In this document: in pieces, positions 1-13,151 of the stretch
How positions within the stretch are numbered: the stretch's first letter is position 1
Layout: every line of letters starts with the position of its first letter
Assembly (NCBI RefSeq): GCF_006345805.1
Contig: NC_042999.1
Coordinates: 131,998,001-132,062,000 of the forward strand
Origin: Octopus sinensis
Taxonomy: Eukaryota
Length of the DNA: 64,000 nt
Direction of reading: 5' to 3'
Made by a program: the position numbers and the translations under genes
Notes under the pieces: model-generated
The model's database searches: none
Told to the model about the DNA's origin: nothing
Seen by the model: the letters and a program-made list of their open reading frames with translations, nothing else

Positions 1-3000
1 TTGTGAGTGGATTTGGTAGATAGAAACTGAAAGAAGCCTGTTGTATAAATATGTGTGTTTATGTGTCTGTGTTTGTCCCCCCAACATCGCTTGACAACCG
101 ATGCTGATGTGTTTACATCCCTGTAACTTAGCAGTTCAGCAAAGACACTGATAGAATAAGAACTAAGCTTACAAAGACTAAGTCCTGGGGTCAATTTGAT
201 TGGCTAAAGATGGTGCTCTAGCATGGTCACAGTCAAATGACTGAAACAAATAAAAGAATAAAGCCCTCAAAGTCATTACAAAACAGTAATCACTACAATC
301 TACAATGATCCCTTATGTTAATCAAAAACTGCATCAATAAAAAAAATTTTTTTTTTGAAATTTGAGAAAAAGGGTTTCCTTTTCAGAGCCCAGGACATCA
401 TACTTCAGCTTTCATCAGTTACTGACCTTCTACAAAGCTTACCTGCTCACATATCTGGGGCAACTGTTGCTGCCGCCACACACAACAGTCTAGACTGCAT
501 CCTAAACAACACTGTCTGTTTGGTTGGTAATGATTCACTCACCAACACATCACAATTGCTGATTCACATGTTTGCCTTTTCTTCTTTGTTCTTCTGCTAA
601 TGTTACTACCAGAGCACCACAGCCTTTGTTCTTCCTCTTGACTTTAACTAAGCTCTGTACTAATGCTACCTAAGCCTGGTTTCCCTTTCTTCATCTCCAC
701 CATGTTTCATTTTTTCCAGATCCTATACTTAATACTTGGTCCCTATCTTTCCTTATTATTACATTCTTCTTACGCTCCCATATTTTCTTCATAAACTACC
801 CTTCAGATGGTTGAAGTGAATATCTGAATTATATGGCCCATAGTTAAGAAGCTTACTTCCCAACCATGTGGTCTCAGGTTCTGTCCCATAGTATGGCATC
901 TTGGGCAAGTGTCTCCTATTATAGCGCCTTGTGAGTGATTTGATAGATGGAAACTGAAGGAAGTTCAATGTGTGGGAGTGTGTGTGTTTGTGTGTACCCT
1001 TGTCTTAGCATCATGTAATGGTTGTACATAAGCATCACTATCTTACAAGTGGTGGTGTCACCCATTTCCAAACTTCCATGGAAAACATGTCTAGTTGTGA
1101 AGAAATATAACTTTGTTTGGAAATAAGTAAATTGGTGACAGAAAGGGCAACATGCCCATAGAAAATCTTCCTCAACAAATTCTGTTTGACCCATGAAAGC
1201 ATGAAAGAGTGAACATGATGATGATGATGATAACGGCGATGGCTGCCATGGTGATTGAGCTTTTTTTTTTATAAATGGCATGTGGGGAAGGATATACTTT
1301 CTTCCCAGTAAAAGAAGAGATAAGTAGATGTGGTGGATGTACACCCAGATTGGATATAACTGCAATGATGTGCTGTCTTCATTATTCACTAACATCATTA
1401 TCATAACATTAACGTCTGTTTTCTATGCTGACATGGTATGAACAGCTTGACAGGAACTGACCAGGCCAGGGGCTGCACCAGGTTACATAGTCTGTTTTGG
1501 CTTGGTTTCTATGGCTGGATACCCTTCCTAGCACCAACAGTTTACAGAATGTACTGAGTGCTTTTTTTACATAGGTACCATCACCATATTACATGGCACC
1601 AGCACTATATTTCCAGAATTCTCATCCAGAAAAGTACAGCATGGTTACTTCAGCCTTTAAATGACCATCTCCATGATAATCTTGTTAGGGAGAATATCAT
1701 CATCATCATATCTGAAATTCAGACAATTAAGTTTGATGATTCATAATCTAATTATTATTTAACCATCTAGCCTTCTGATTACTCTGTCAAATGTAATGCT
1801 TATTTATTCATATTGTTTTGAATTAATCATACATTATCTCATAGCTTTGAGATTTGAATTTTGTGAATGTTTATTTTACAGAATGACATTGTAGGTAGGT
1901 ATGAGAGGCTGGATCCAACAAGTTTGGACATAAACCAGGGAAAATATTTGGGCTTGATATGGCTGGTTTAAATACTAAAGAGTTAGAATAGATTCATGTA
2001 ATTTTTAAAAAAATTATTTTTATAGAAATCTTTTGCTTTTACAATCTTGCTCAGTATGTTGAGAGTAATGTTGCAGATATTGTAATATAGTTGTAGGTAG
2101 TTAAGACTTAGTCATTCTACTTCAGTTGTGATCCATTTCTTAATTTTGCTGTTAGTGTATTGCAGTTTGGTCTGGTTAACAAACATGTGGTCAGTTACGT
2201 AATTGTATAGTCTGTTTAGTAAATCATCAGAAGTCATTTTAATGATCAGTTTATTGCAATTGTGGTTAGCTCAGTATGGTTATAATTAGTTAGTACAATT
2301 GGCATCATAAATACAGGCTTAGCTGTGTCGTAAGAAGTTTACTTCCCAACTGCATGGTTTATATATATATAAGAAGGTAAAGACCCCTTTCAATCATAAA
2401 CGACCATGGGATTGTACCTAGAAAGTTACCCTCCGAGGCACAAGTCTAAGCAAGGCTGGTTATAGATGACCAGCAGTTGCCCATGCATACCAGCCTCCCA
2501 CCTCCATGTCACCAAGGTTATCTAAGGGAAAGGCAAAAGGCAATACAGCTTGGCACCAGTGACATTACAACTCATTTCTACAACTGAGTGAACTGGAACA
2601 ATGTAAAATAAAGTGTCTTGCTCAAGAACACAACGCACAGCTTGGTCTGCGAATCAAACTCGATACCTCATGGTTGTGAGCCAAACACTCTAATCACTGA
2701 GCCATGTACCTTCACTTCATGTGTGTGTGAGTATGTATGGTCATGGAGGCTATCTATGTGTATTTGTGTTTGTCTCCCACCACCACTTGACAACTGGTGT
2801 TGGTTTGTTTACTTTGTAATTTGGCAAAAGAGATCATTAGAATATATAATGGGGTTGATTCATTTGACTAAAATTCTTCAAGGCGATGCTCCAGCATGGC
2901 CATAGTCCAATGACTGAAACAAGTAAAAGATAGAAGATTAAGAGATAACTTTGTCTGAGAAGAAATGATTAGTACTGATGACCTTTGCATGCCTCCCCAA

Positions 3001-3725
3001 ACAGATATACTGGTGTAGTTGATGTGTAGTTCAGTTTGAATGTCTATTGGCCAATATTTGCTGGAAAACTATGGGCAGGAAAAAAATTCTAAAGTTGTAT
3101 GCAAAATGTTTCTCGCAGGGTCTGAGAGGCGAAACAAAGTAAGAGTAGACAGGAAGATGACATATAGTTGGGATGGGGTGAATTGCTACGGATGAAGAGG
3201 ATATGAAGCTAGCTTATTCAGGGAAGCAAAGGTCATCGTAGTAGCAGAAAAGAGGCAGACAGAGAAAGCCATACATTGATGACCCATCGGGTATGCTTAT
3301 GTGAATGAATTATTCTCAGTCATTTTGATGGCCTTTGTATTTAGTCTACGATGTTTGTATATACAGTACAACAGTTATGAGTAAGCTTCAATGTGGGTTG
3401 TTACTCGTGCTTTTTTTTTATAAGGTCAGCAGCTGATCAGGTATTTCCTAACCTTAAACAGGAAACTTGGTCTTTAAGATGCAGTTGTAGCAATGTTATA
3501 TGTATACACACAATTTGTATGTGTGTGCGCGCACATGCATGTATCTATGAAAAATCAGCTAAGATTTTCAAGACTAGCATTTGTAGCAATTTTAGTAGTT
3601 TTACTTGTATGGCTAGAGAGAATGAGATACATGACAGTTTCTTTGATATGTTTAGTGATTTAGTCTGTCTGTTGTTGGAGGTGACAGAGTTGTTTACATC
3701 CTCATTAAGGGATTTTTTTTTTTAA

Positions 3726-3945
3726 CCCTTTAGCATCTAAACCAACCATATGCAGCCCAGATATTCTACCTGTTTTATATTCAAACTGGCCAGATCCAGC
3801 CTCTTAGACCTACCTTACAATGCCATTCTAAAAATAAACTATTACACCATCAAAATCTTGAAGCTACAAATAATGCATGATTAATTCAAAACAATGTGAA
3901 TAAATGAGCCTTACATTTGACTGGGTAATTCTGAATGCTAAAGAG
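3726..3945. mobile_element. piggyBac-type MITE, abundant ccctttagcat family
   Basis: TTAA-flanked, TIR ccctttagcat...atgctaaagag. Other copies at about 1763-1982, 18350-18735, 26221-26662, 29740-29920, 36680-36895 and 38577-38735. Confidence 0.85.
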
Positions 3946-5365
3946 TTTAACACTTCATGATCTCGTGTGGAGTGTCTAAGTTGTGTATCAAAGGTTAAAG
4001 AGTAAAGTAGGGTATCATATCCCATAGGGTTATTATTGTTCTATGTAAGTATAAAGGGCTGCAAAATTTTTACTCTGAACCATTTTTTACTTATGGACCC
4101 CTTGGTTACTATTTTATTCAGGTGGACCCCTATAGCTACTCAGTGTGTAAAAGTTAGTTTTATAGATACTTATTAAAAATTCCTATTTTGTTTTATATAT
4201 GTTTGCAATAACACTTATTGAGGGAACATGGAAAACATTACAGAAAGAAACCTGTTTCTTGCAATAAATATGTCTAAAGCCAAAATGTTTTCCTGGACAC
4301 TTAAAATACTACTTTGGATGCCGAATTTACTATTTTGCTTGTGTGGACCCCAGTTAAGTACCGCCACTCTAGATGTCCACAATTAAGAATTACCACATGC
4401 CACACATTAAAGAATTCTTTTGTTTCATTATCAATACCAAGCATTAATTGCCTTCACTAGTTAACACTTAGTTCCTTTTATTTAGATAAATTACATTGAA
4501 GGCATGAATAGCAACAATGTGGAGAAATTCTTATGACTGGAATTTAAATAGTAGTTAATGTTAGGTATTGTTAAAGAAATAGAGGGAGGAGTTGGGAGAT
4601 GCAGTGTGGTGGTATGGACTTGTAATGAAAAAGGATTCTGTAGAATTAATTAGCTTATTATTGTTTGCAGGCAATAAATGTAAGGTTTGCCACAAGTATT
4701 TCGAGGAAAATAAAAATAAGTAGTTTCATTTTTTTCTGGGACCAGCAGAAGAATTGGATAGCTTCGGGACAGTTGTTGATACTTATCCTGCGGGCTTTCC
4801 ATCTATAACCCTTCATGTGTTTTTCTTCTGTCCAAAGAGCTCAGGATCACATTAGCCAACATTCATTTTAAGACAGCAGGGAGTGGATTTTAGGAAGATT
4901 TGGCTGCTTCTTTTAGCAGATTTACTGTTAAGTCAATGCTCTCTCATTAGTTTGAAATTTGTGAGGGGCTGTGGATTCCCACCCCCACCCCCTCATTTGT
5001 TGGGCACTGGACTACATAGGCCATCTGAGCCCAGTGAGATTGATGCTGTTATATCAAACATTTACAAGGAGATTATGAAAGACCAACATTCTGGGAAGTG
5101 ATGAGTGAACATGGTGGTTAGTATGGAACCATTTTGTAGAAATTGTAGGTGCTGACATAGCTGTGTGCTAAGAAGTTTGCTTTTGCTCCCTAACCTCATG
5201 GTTTCGGGTTCAGTCCCACTGCATGGCACCCTTGGTAAGTGTCTTCTACTGTAGCCACGAGCCAACCAAAGCCTTGTGAGTGGATTTAGTAGACAGAAAC
5301 TATAAAAAACATGTGGTACATATATTTATATGTGTGTGTTTGTGTACCACGCATGCACACACATA

Positions 5366-5556
5366 CAGAGTCTGCCCAAAAAATGTATTCACACTTCAGG
5401 AAAGGAAAAATCTCTATAAATATTTTAATTCAGTATTATTGCAATTTACTCAGTGTGAAAGAGGCATCTATATTTATAGAGGCACTTATACTAGTCAAAT
5501 ATTTATACAGATTTTTCCTTTCCTGAAATCTGTATACATTTTTGGGGAAGTCTTTG
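5366..5556. mobile_element. Tc1/mariner-type MITE inserted in a SINE
   Basis: TA TSD; imperfect TIR cagagtctgcccaaaaaatgtat / atacatttttggggaagtctttg. Confidence 0.7.
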
Positions 5557-6248
5557 TAGTGTGTGTATGTGTGTGTGCATGTGCTAGTGTCTCCCTACCT
5601 CGGCATCACATGGTAGTTGTAAATCAGTGTCACCATCATGTCCTTTGTTTTCAGTCTTCCATGAAAACGTATCAGCCCAGGGGTGAAATATTTATCTTAC
5701 TTGGGAGACCAGTGAGGGTTGATGACAGAAAAGGCATCCAGCCGCAAAAATCTGTCTCAACAAATTCTATCCATTCCATGTAAGCATAGCAAAGTAGATG
5801 TTAAAACAACAACAGAAGGCAGGAGAGAGGGGTGGAAGAGGCAGGATTGTCATCATATTTATGTTCTTTCTAATTACCAAAAGTTTCTTTGCACATTTGA
5901 AGTGATTACATAGCAGAAGATTGATATGCCTGCATAATTTCCTCACTAAATTCTGCACCACCATCAATGCCAACCCATTCAATCAACATTTCCTGATTTT
6001 CATAAAATGTCTGTTTTGTTTTGCTGTGGAAACACAAGCACCAACGATTTCATTCCTCACCTACAGTCAGCTTTATGATATAGTTGTTTTCATGTTGTCT
6101 CCCACAAGTATTTAATTAACGTCGTTAATGATTTGCCTTTAATCATCTTTTTGTTACAGCGACTTTCATCTATTCTGCTGGCACTTTGTTTTTCATCATT
6201 TTTGTTGTATAAATTTGTTTAAATTTTCTGTGCGTGTGTGTATGTATA

Positions 6249-6280
<32 letters not shown>

Positions 6281-6999
6281 ATGTATATATAATGTCTGTA
6301 TTTGTGTATCAGAGTGTATACATGAATTTATGCATTTTCTATTTGTTCGTTGTATTTTCATATCTAGAATTTATATATGAATCATTATGTGTGTGTGTGT
6401 CTTTTACATGTATGTTGTTATGTGCATAATTATGCATATGTTTGTCCCCTTTAACTTCGAAGTTAAATTTCATGGTTATTCTAGTAATGATGTATCTGCC
6501 AAAAAATAGAATTGATATTTTCTGCAAGTTAAGTTGACTCAATAAGCTTGACTTATCTCAACAAAAAGTAGTTTAACACATGACATTCGTCAACAAAAGA
6601 CAGATTGGTTTCCGCAATGCAATGTAATGAAATTTTAAGTATATGTATGTGGTTGGATGGTTTTAGAAGTTCACTTTGCTGTCATGAGATCCCAGGTTCA
6701 TTCCTACCAAGGAGCATCTTGAACAAGTGTCTTTTTTCTATAACTGTAGGTTGGCACAAACCTTGTTGGTGAAATTGTGCATTCAAAAAATCTCGAGGAA
6801 ACCCAATGAACTAACTGTATTTGTGAACCAAAGGGCCAACCTTGTTACAAACTATCATGTGAGTTCTGTGTGAGAATTACATTAAGGTGCAAAATAGGTG
6901 CTGGTATGTCTGTGTCATTAAGAAGCTTGCTTTCCATCCACATGGTTTCAGGTTGTCTCCCACTGAACAGCACCTTGGTCAAGTTTCTTCTATAGGTAC

Positions 7000-7325
7000 A
7001 GGCATGGCTGAGTGGTAAGAAGCTTGCTTCCCAACCACATAGTTCTGGGTTCAGTCCCACAGCATGGCACCTCAGGCTCAGCAAAGCCTTGTGAGAAGAT
7101 TTGGTAGGAAGAAACTGAAAGAAGACTATCGTGTGTGTGTGTGTCTTTGCGTCTCTGTTTGTCCCTTACTACACCACTTGACAACTGGTGTTGGTGTGTT
7201 TATGTCCCCGTAACTTAGTGGGTCGGCAAAACAGACCAATAGAATAAGTAGTAGGCTTTAAAAAAAGAAGTACTGGGGTTCATTCGACTAAAAATTCCTC
7301 AAGCTGGTGCCCCAGTATGGCATCA
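7000..7325 (+). mobile_element. tRNA-derived SINE, the most abundant family in the window
   Basis: Head ggcatggctgagtggtaagaagcttgcttcccaacc...gggttcagtcccac. Further copies at about 1-260, 830-1230, 5153-5810, 14540-14855 (-), 29340-29505 (-), 30040-30210, 32780-33075, 50660-51075 (-), 51960-52320 (-) and 52600-53005. Confidence 0.85.
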
Positions 7326-7524
7326 GCCAACCAGTGCTTTGTGAGTGAATTTGGTAGACAGAAATTATGTCGAAATGCATTGTGTGTGTGTGTGTGTGTG
7401 TGTGTGGAATATTCAACCACTTACATGCTAATTCAATGAGTGTATATTCTACCTGATCGATCAGCTGAGATACACATTAAAACTGGCAAAGATCCATTTA
7501 CTCATATATATATATATATATATA

Positions 7525-7757
7525 AAGCACCATCCGTTCGTGGCCGTTTGCCAGCTCTGTCTGGCACCTGTGCGGGTGGCACGTAAAAAGCACCCACTAC
7601 ACTCACGGAGTGGTTGGCGTTAGGAAGGGCATCCAGCCGTAGAAACACTGCCAGATCTGACTGGGCCTGATGAAGCCTTCCAGCTTCACAGACCCCAGTT
7701 GAACCGTCCAACCCATGCTAGCATGGAGAACAGACGCTAAATGATGATGATGATGAT
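7525..7757 (+). mobile_element. SINE or LINE-tail repeat with (GAT)n tail (ggagtggttggcgttaggaagggcatccagc family)
   Basis: Shared core and gatgatgat tail. Copies at about 1410-1600 (-), 8648-8932 (-), 20320-20595, 28650-29065, 33625-33810, 40270-40470 (-), 46460-46615, 48460-48840 (-), 53845-54200 (-), 55650-55930 (-) and 59940-60103 (-). Confidence 0.82.
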
Positions 7758-8614
7758 GCATACCTCACCCTATGTTGTTAATTGGTTCCAGGAGACACGA
7801 CTCGATTCGAATTAAATTGTCTCTGGGCTAGGCTAGGCAAAATTTACTTGTCTCTAGGTTAAACCGATAACAACCATTCCCAGTTCTGTACTTTATTTAT
7901 GAATGCATTTTCAATAATACATGGTTAATAAAACCCTATCTTAAGCTTACAAACAAATAATTTTTATCTTTTAATACAGTATAGTAAAAAAAAAAAAGTA
8001 ATCTAAATTTACGAATACAATTTGGCAGTATTTACTGTACATCATGAAAGCTTTATTTATGAATGTGCTTTGCAAAGGCATGGTAAAATAAAATCCTTTT
8101 TTTAAGCTTAAAAAACAAATTCAGTAATTATTATTATTTCGCAATAGTAAAACAAACTAAATTATTTTAAATTTACCAATATTTACATACAATTTGGTGA
8201 TTTCATTCACTAAGCTACACTACTTTATGGTGTGTATCTTAACATTTACTGTACGTATTTTAATATGATTTTATATGCTTTTATTCTTATCTATTGTACA
8301 GTAACATGATTTTATGTGGTTTTAACGGTTTTCTAGTGATTTAACGATTTCAATATTTGTGGCAGACAGACGTAAAGTCGAGTAAAATGACTTGACTTGA
8401 TTTTTATTTTCCCATATATTATTTTTGAAAATTGACATATAATCGAGAATGACTTAAGCCTGTATATATGTGTGTGTGTATGTATATATACGTATGTATG
8501 AATGTTTGTGTATATATGTTTATATATGTATATGTTCGTATGTGTGTGTGTATAAATAGGTTTGGTGATGCAAATAGGAAAATAGAATGTGTGGGTGGTG
8601 TATGTGTGTATGTA

Positions 8615-8647
<33 letters not shown>

Positions 8648-9002
8648 CATCATCATCATCATCATCGTTTAACGTCCGTTCTCCATGCTAGCATGGGTTG
8701 GACGGTTCGACCGGAGATCTGGGAAGCCAGAAGGCTGCACCAGGCTCCAGTCTTATCTGGCAATGTTTCTACAGCTGGATGCCCTTCCTAATGCCAACCA
8801 CTCCGTGAGTGTAGTGGGTGCTTTTTACGTGCCACCTGCACAGGTGCTAGGCAAGGCTGGCAACGGCCACGGTTGGATTGGTGTATTTTATGTGCCACCG
8901 GCACGGAAGCCAGTCGAGGCGGCGCTGGCATCATATATATATATATATATTTTATAAAGTTCTTTATAAAATTATTTTAGCATTTTCTATTTTGACTTGT
9001 TT

Positions 9003-9052
<50 letters not shown>

Positions 9053-9864
9053 TGTGTATGTGTGTAATTAGTATTCATTACATGCTTCAGAACATGATAA
9101 TGTGTCCTTAATCTTAACTAAGCTATGGTGTTGTGTAATGGTTTATTTCACTCCTGAATCTTTCTGGTGGTTGCCTCCCCCCCCCTCGCTCTCTCTCTCA
9201 CAGACACACTCATGCACATACAGTAAACAACTTAGCTTCATCGGTAGTTATTACCATGTGACCACCAATACCATTACTGCCATTGATACCAATACTACCA
9301 CCATCACAAACACTATCATTAAAGTACCCCTAATATGAATACTACCATCGCCTCCACTACCAGTATCACCCTCCCACTAATACCACCACGAACAACACCA
9401 CTAATGTGACCACTACATATTCCACCTTATCACCAATATTACCATAACCACCACCACCACCATTTGTCATATCTCTGCCTTAATATGTAAATAGTTCCAC
9501 TAAATATCTAAGTTACTGATCAGTTATCTGTTGTGGAAAGAATTCTTCTTGTCTTTTAGAATCACTGACCTTCTTTTGGGACAAATATTTTAGATACTTA
9601 AGTCAATGACCTGTTAACTTTACTAGATATACTCCTTTATTATTATTGTCTCAGTAGGTTGATGTACAAATGGAGTGGATAACATATTAGACTAGCTGTA
9701 GATGGCTCTTGGGTTCAAATCGGCCACTATCTTATTATTGCGTTTATGACTTGATCACCTAGTCATCAGTAGAGCTATATATATATATATATATGTGACC
9801 GCGTGTGTATCGTTGGCGATTTTTTTCCTCCGTCTTCCCTTCCTTGGATCTTTCCTTTTCCTAT

Positions 9865-9899
9865 GTTTCTGACAAAGAGCTCCGCTCGAAATGTTAAAT
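9865..9899 (+). ncRNA. Minimal type I hammerhead ribozyme motif, decayed
   Basis: guuu [CUGACAA A] GAGC-ucc-GCUC [GAA] AUGU U aaau. It differs from CUGACGA...GAAACGU by two CpG-type transitions. Confidence 0.62.
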
Positions 9900-10265
9900 C
9901 CTCCTTCTTTCCTTTCCTGAGTGTCCAATATCACTATATTTGTTCCACGTCCTCGCGTTGTTGTGTTTTCTCTTTGTGTTTTCATGTTTGGATTAAATAT
10001 ATATATATATATATATATATCTCTACCTGATCAATCTTGTTAAGATTCATACTTAAGAGTTCTCTGACTGTCTCGGTCCACCAAGGTGTCAGATCAGTAT
10101 GGCTTATCATCAGATGGTAGTCTACCTGGATGTCAATGTGAACAGGTGTTCTGGTTCAGAGCTCACTAATTGTCTCATTTCACCTTACTGTTGAATCCCG
10201 ACTCTGGTGGGTGTTGTGATTTCAGATGTGGTGGCACCAGCAGTGGTGGAGTAGTAGTAGTATTG

Positions 10266-10297
<32 letters not shown>

Positions 10298-12519
10298 GAT
10301 ATGAAACTCAGAGTATCCACTCTCGGGTAGACATCTTGATAAAAATGTATAACGACTTTCCATTTGTGAAATAAGTTTAGATAGATAGATATACATACAT
10401 ACATGTACACATATGACAGTGAAACTTGTTTGTCTTTTAAGATGTGTAACACAATGAGGGGTGACCTAAGAAGAGAGAGGGTAGAACAAATGAACTTGAG
10501 TTGAGATTGAATAAATCTACCTGTTTCAGAAAAACAATAAATTATATAAAATTGAAGAGTCTGTCCAGCTGTCACCTTCATGTTATTTAATTAATATTGC
10601 ATTATAGTTTTTTTAAATTTATCTATCAACCTTTCTTTCAAGGCATATTATATCATGTAGTTTATTGTATTCCTTTGTCCTTGAAGTTCTGTTGTGTGTG
10701 TGTGTGTTCTCATATTCATTAACTTATACTTCTGCTTTGTATCTAACAATGTTATCTAGGTTTTTAAATCATATTAAAATAAGCAGGGGTTATTATGAGC
10801 TTTCTAATAATGATAAATCAATAATACAACCCAAACAAAACAACCCACTAACACAAGACACACTCTATATAGCAAATATCCAATAAAATAAACAACCACC
10901 AACAGGCCACAGTACTCTGTGCAAAACCAAAAACATGGTACCCTAGTCATAATACTGACTCGAACTTCTAACTTGTCTCTTGAAGTTTTGGAATCAACTT
11001 GTACTCTAATACAAGGCAAAGGTCAAACATAATAATACAAAATAATGATAATAATAATGGTTTCAAATTTCAACCCAATGTCATCAGTTTTTTAAGGAAG
11101 CTGGGGGGGGGGGATTATATTGACCCTAGATCACAACTGGTACTTATTTCATTGATTCCAAAAGGATGAAAGGCAAAGTTGACCTTGTAGGACTTTGAAC
11201 TCAGTAAAAAAAATGAAATACTGCTAAGCATTTTGTTCACATGCTAAATAATAATATCAATAATAAGCCTGCATGTTAAATAATATAATATTAATAATAA
11301 TAATTTCCAGCATAATTACTACACAGTACATGTGAATATTCTACCTTTGTCTTAATGGTATTCTCTGCCAAACTGCTTGTCCTTGGTGTTTTAACAAACC
11401 ATTAGATGTCAGTGTGTTCTTAGTAAAAACACAGATAATATCATAAAGAATGACTGTGTCATATTGCTTTTGGCAAACTATTGATTGTATTTTCACTCTT
11501 TTTCTCTTCTCTTAATTTTGTTAATCATTCCCCACTTCTTTTGCTTTTCCATCACCACCACACAACCACCGCCATTTAATCATCACCACCAAACCATCTT
11601 AACACCAAACCAACCCTTGTTCTTTTTCCACCTCATATTATTTGTGAATCATTAGTTAATCTATGCGTCATTGCTCCTATTGTATTTCGGTGAGGAGGTT
11701 GTTTTTTTCTGATTTTTACCATGGAATATCATACTTTTTTTTCTTCTTTACTATATTTTCTATTAATATTTTCCACAGCAAAAATAGGATTTTATACAAA
11801 TGTACTTCGTATTCCATTGAATTATATTGCAATTATGTGGTTCCTATGCTGCTTAATTATTTGGCTCTTTGATTAATCAATAATTTGCTTAATGATTAAT
11901 TATTTGTTTTTTTTTTTCCTCCTCTTTTAATATTTCCATGTTGTTAATTAGCCTTTCTGTTGTTCAGAATATTTGTTAATATTCAGCATTGTTCATGTAT
12001 TTATGTCATACATATTGCAGGAATTAACAATATTTATCTAGCTGGTTTAGCTTACTGCTTCTTTACATTCTCTCTCAGTCTCCATTTCTCTGTGTATATG
12101 TCTTCATGGTAGGTGGCATTTCTTCTGACTCTCTACATTCCACCATGTTCAACTTTGCATTTCATCCTTTTAATGGTCAACAAATTAAGTACCAGTCAAG
12201 TACTGAGGTTGATGTAATCAATCTCCTCCTTTCAAAATTGCTGGCCTTGTTCCAAAATCAGAAAGAATTATTATTATTCTTTTTAACTCCTGAAGTTTTG
12301 CATGTATAATGGGTTTGCCATCTGTTCTTTTCAACTATCTAATACTTTCCTGATTATGCAACTTCTTACCACCCAACCACTCCTGTGCCATTTTTTCATA
12401 CTTTCTAAGGGTAAGCAAATAAGAAACAATAGTTGCTAGCCAAGGACCAAAATCGCATTACACAGTGCCATCAATCTGGTGCGCACATCAGATTGATTGC
12501 ATTCTCTCCAGAAATCAGG

Positions 12520-13151
12520 ATACCCAAGGCACACAGAGCTGTGCTCGGTAGTGAAATGAAAGCATGTTATAAAAATAAACCTACTGAATAATAATAATAA
12601 TAATAAATTTTGGGGGAGAGGGTAAGTTGGTTACATTGACCCCAGTATTCAACTGGTACTTATTTTTATCTACACTGAAAGGATGAAAGGCAAAGTTGAC
12701 CTCTGAATGTGAAGATGGATGAAATGCCATTAAGCATTTTGCCCAGCATGCTAATGATTCTGCCTTGTAACAGTTCTACTGGGCACTTTATTCTGATTTC
12801 CTTTATATTCATCTTGATGCCTTCTGATACTGTCCTCAAGGACCCAAGAATAATTGGTGCTATTATTATTATTATTATTTTTTTTTTTTTTTTAAGGTAG
12901 TGACCTGGCAGAATCATTAGCATGCTGGGCAAAATGCTTAACGGCATTTCATCCATCTTTACATTCAGAGGTCAACTTTGCCTTTCATCCTTTCAGGGTA
13001 GATAAAAATAAGTACCAGTTGAGTACTGGGGTCAATGTAACCAACTTACCCTCTCCCCCAAAATTTCTTGTTATTATTATTATTCAGTAGGTTTATTTTT
13101 ATAACATGCTTTTACTTCACTACCGAGCACAGCTCTGTGTGCCTTGGGTAT
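12520..13151. repeat. Inverted repeat: 245-bp arms at 12520-12764 and 12907-13151, 142-bp spacer
   Basis: Manual alignment shows about 8 mismatches and no gaps. Each arm is LINE 3'UTR + (TAA)n + SINE. Confidence 0.93.
12765..12862 (-). mobile_element. Second, older R4/Dong-type C-terminal fragment
   Basis: The minus strand reads APIILGSLRTVSEGIKMNIKEIRIKCPVELLQ next to (TAA)n. The expected continuation IIRKVLDS* lies at about 12330-12360. Confidence 0.6.

Noticed and set aside
9735-9775. Minus-strand CTGATGA followed by a weak hairpin
   Set aside because: No GAAA at the required position and the stems are ambiguous.
11060-11092. Minus-strand CTGATGA...GAAA hammerhead-like words
   Set aside because: Stem II cannot form, and the sequence is the decayed tail of a SINE.
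12666-12956. Mirror ORFs MDEMPLSILPSMLMILP on both strands
   Set aside because: A by-product of the inverted repeat, not genes.
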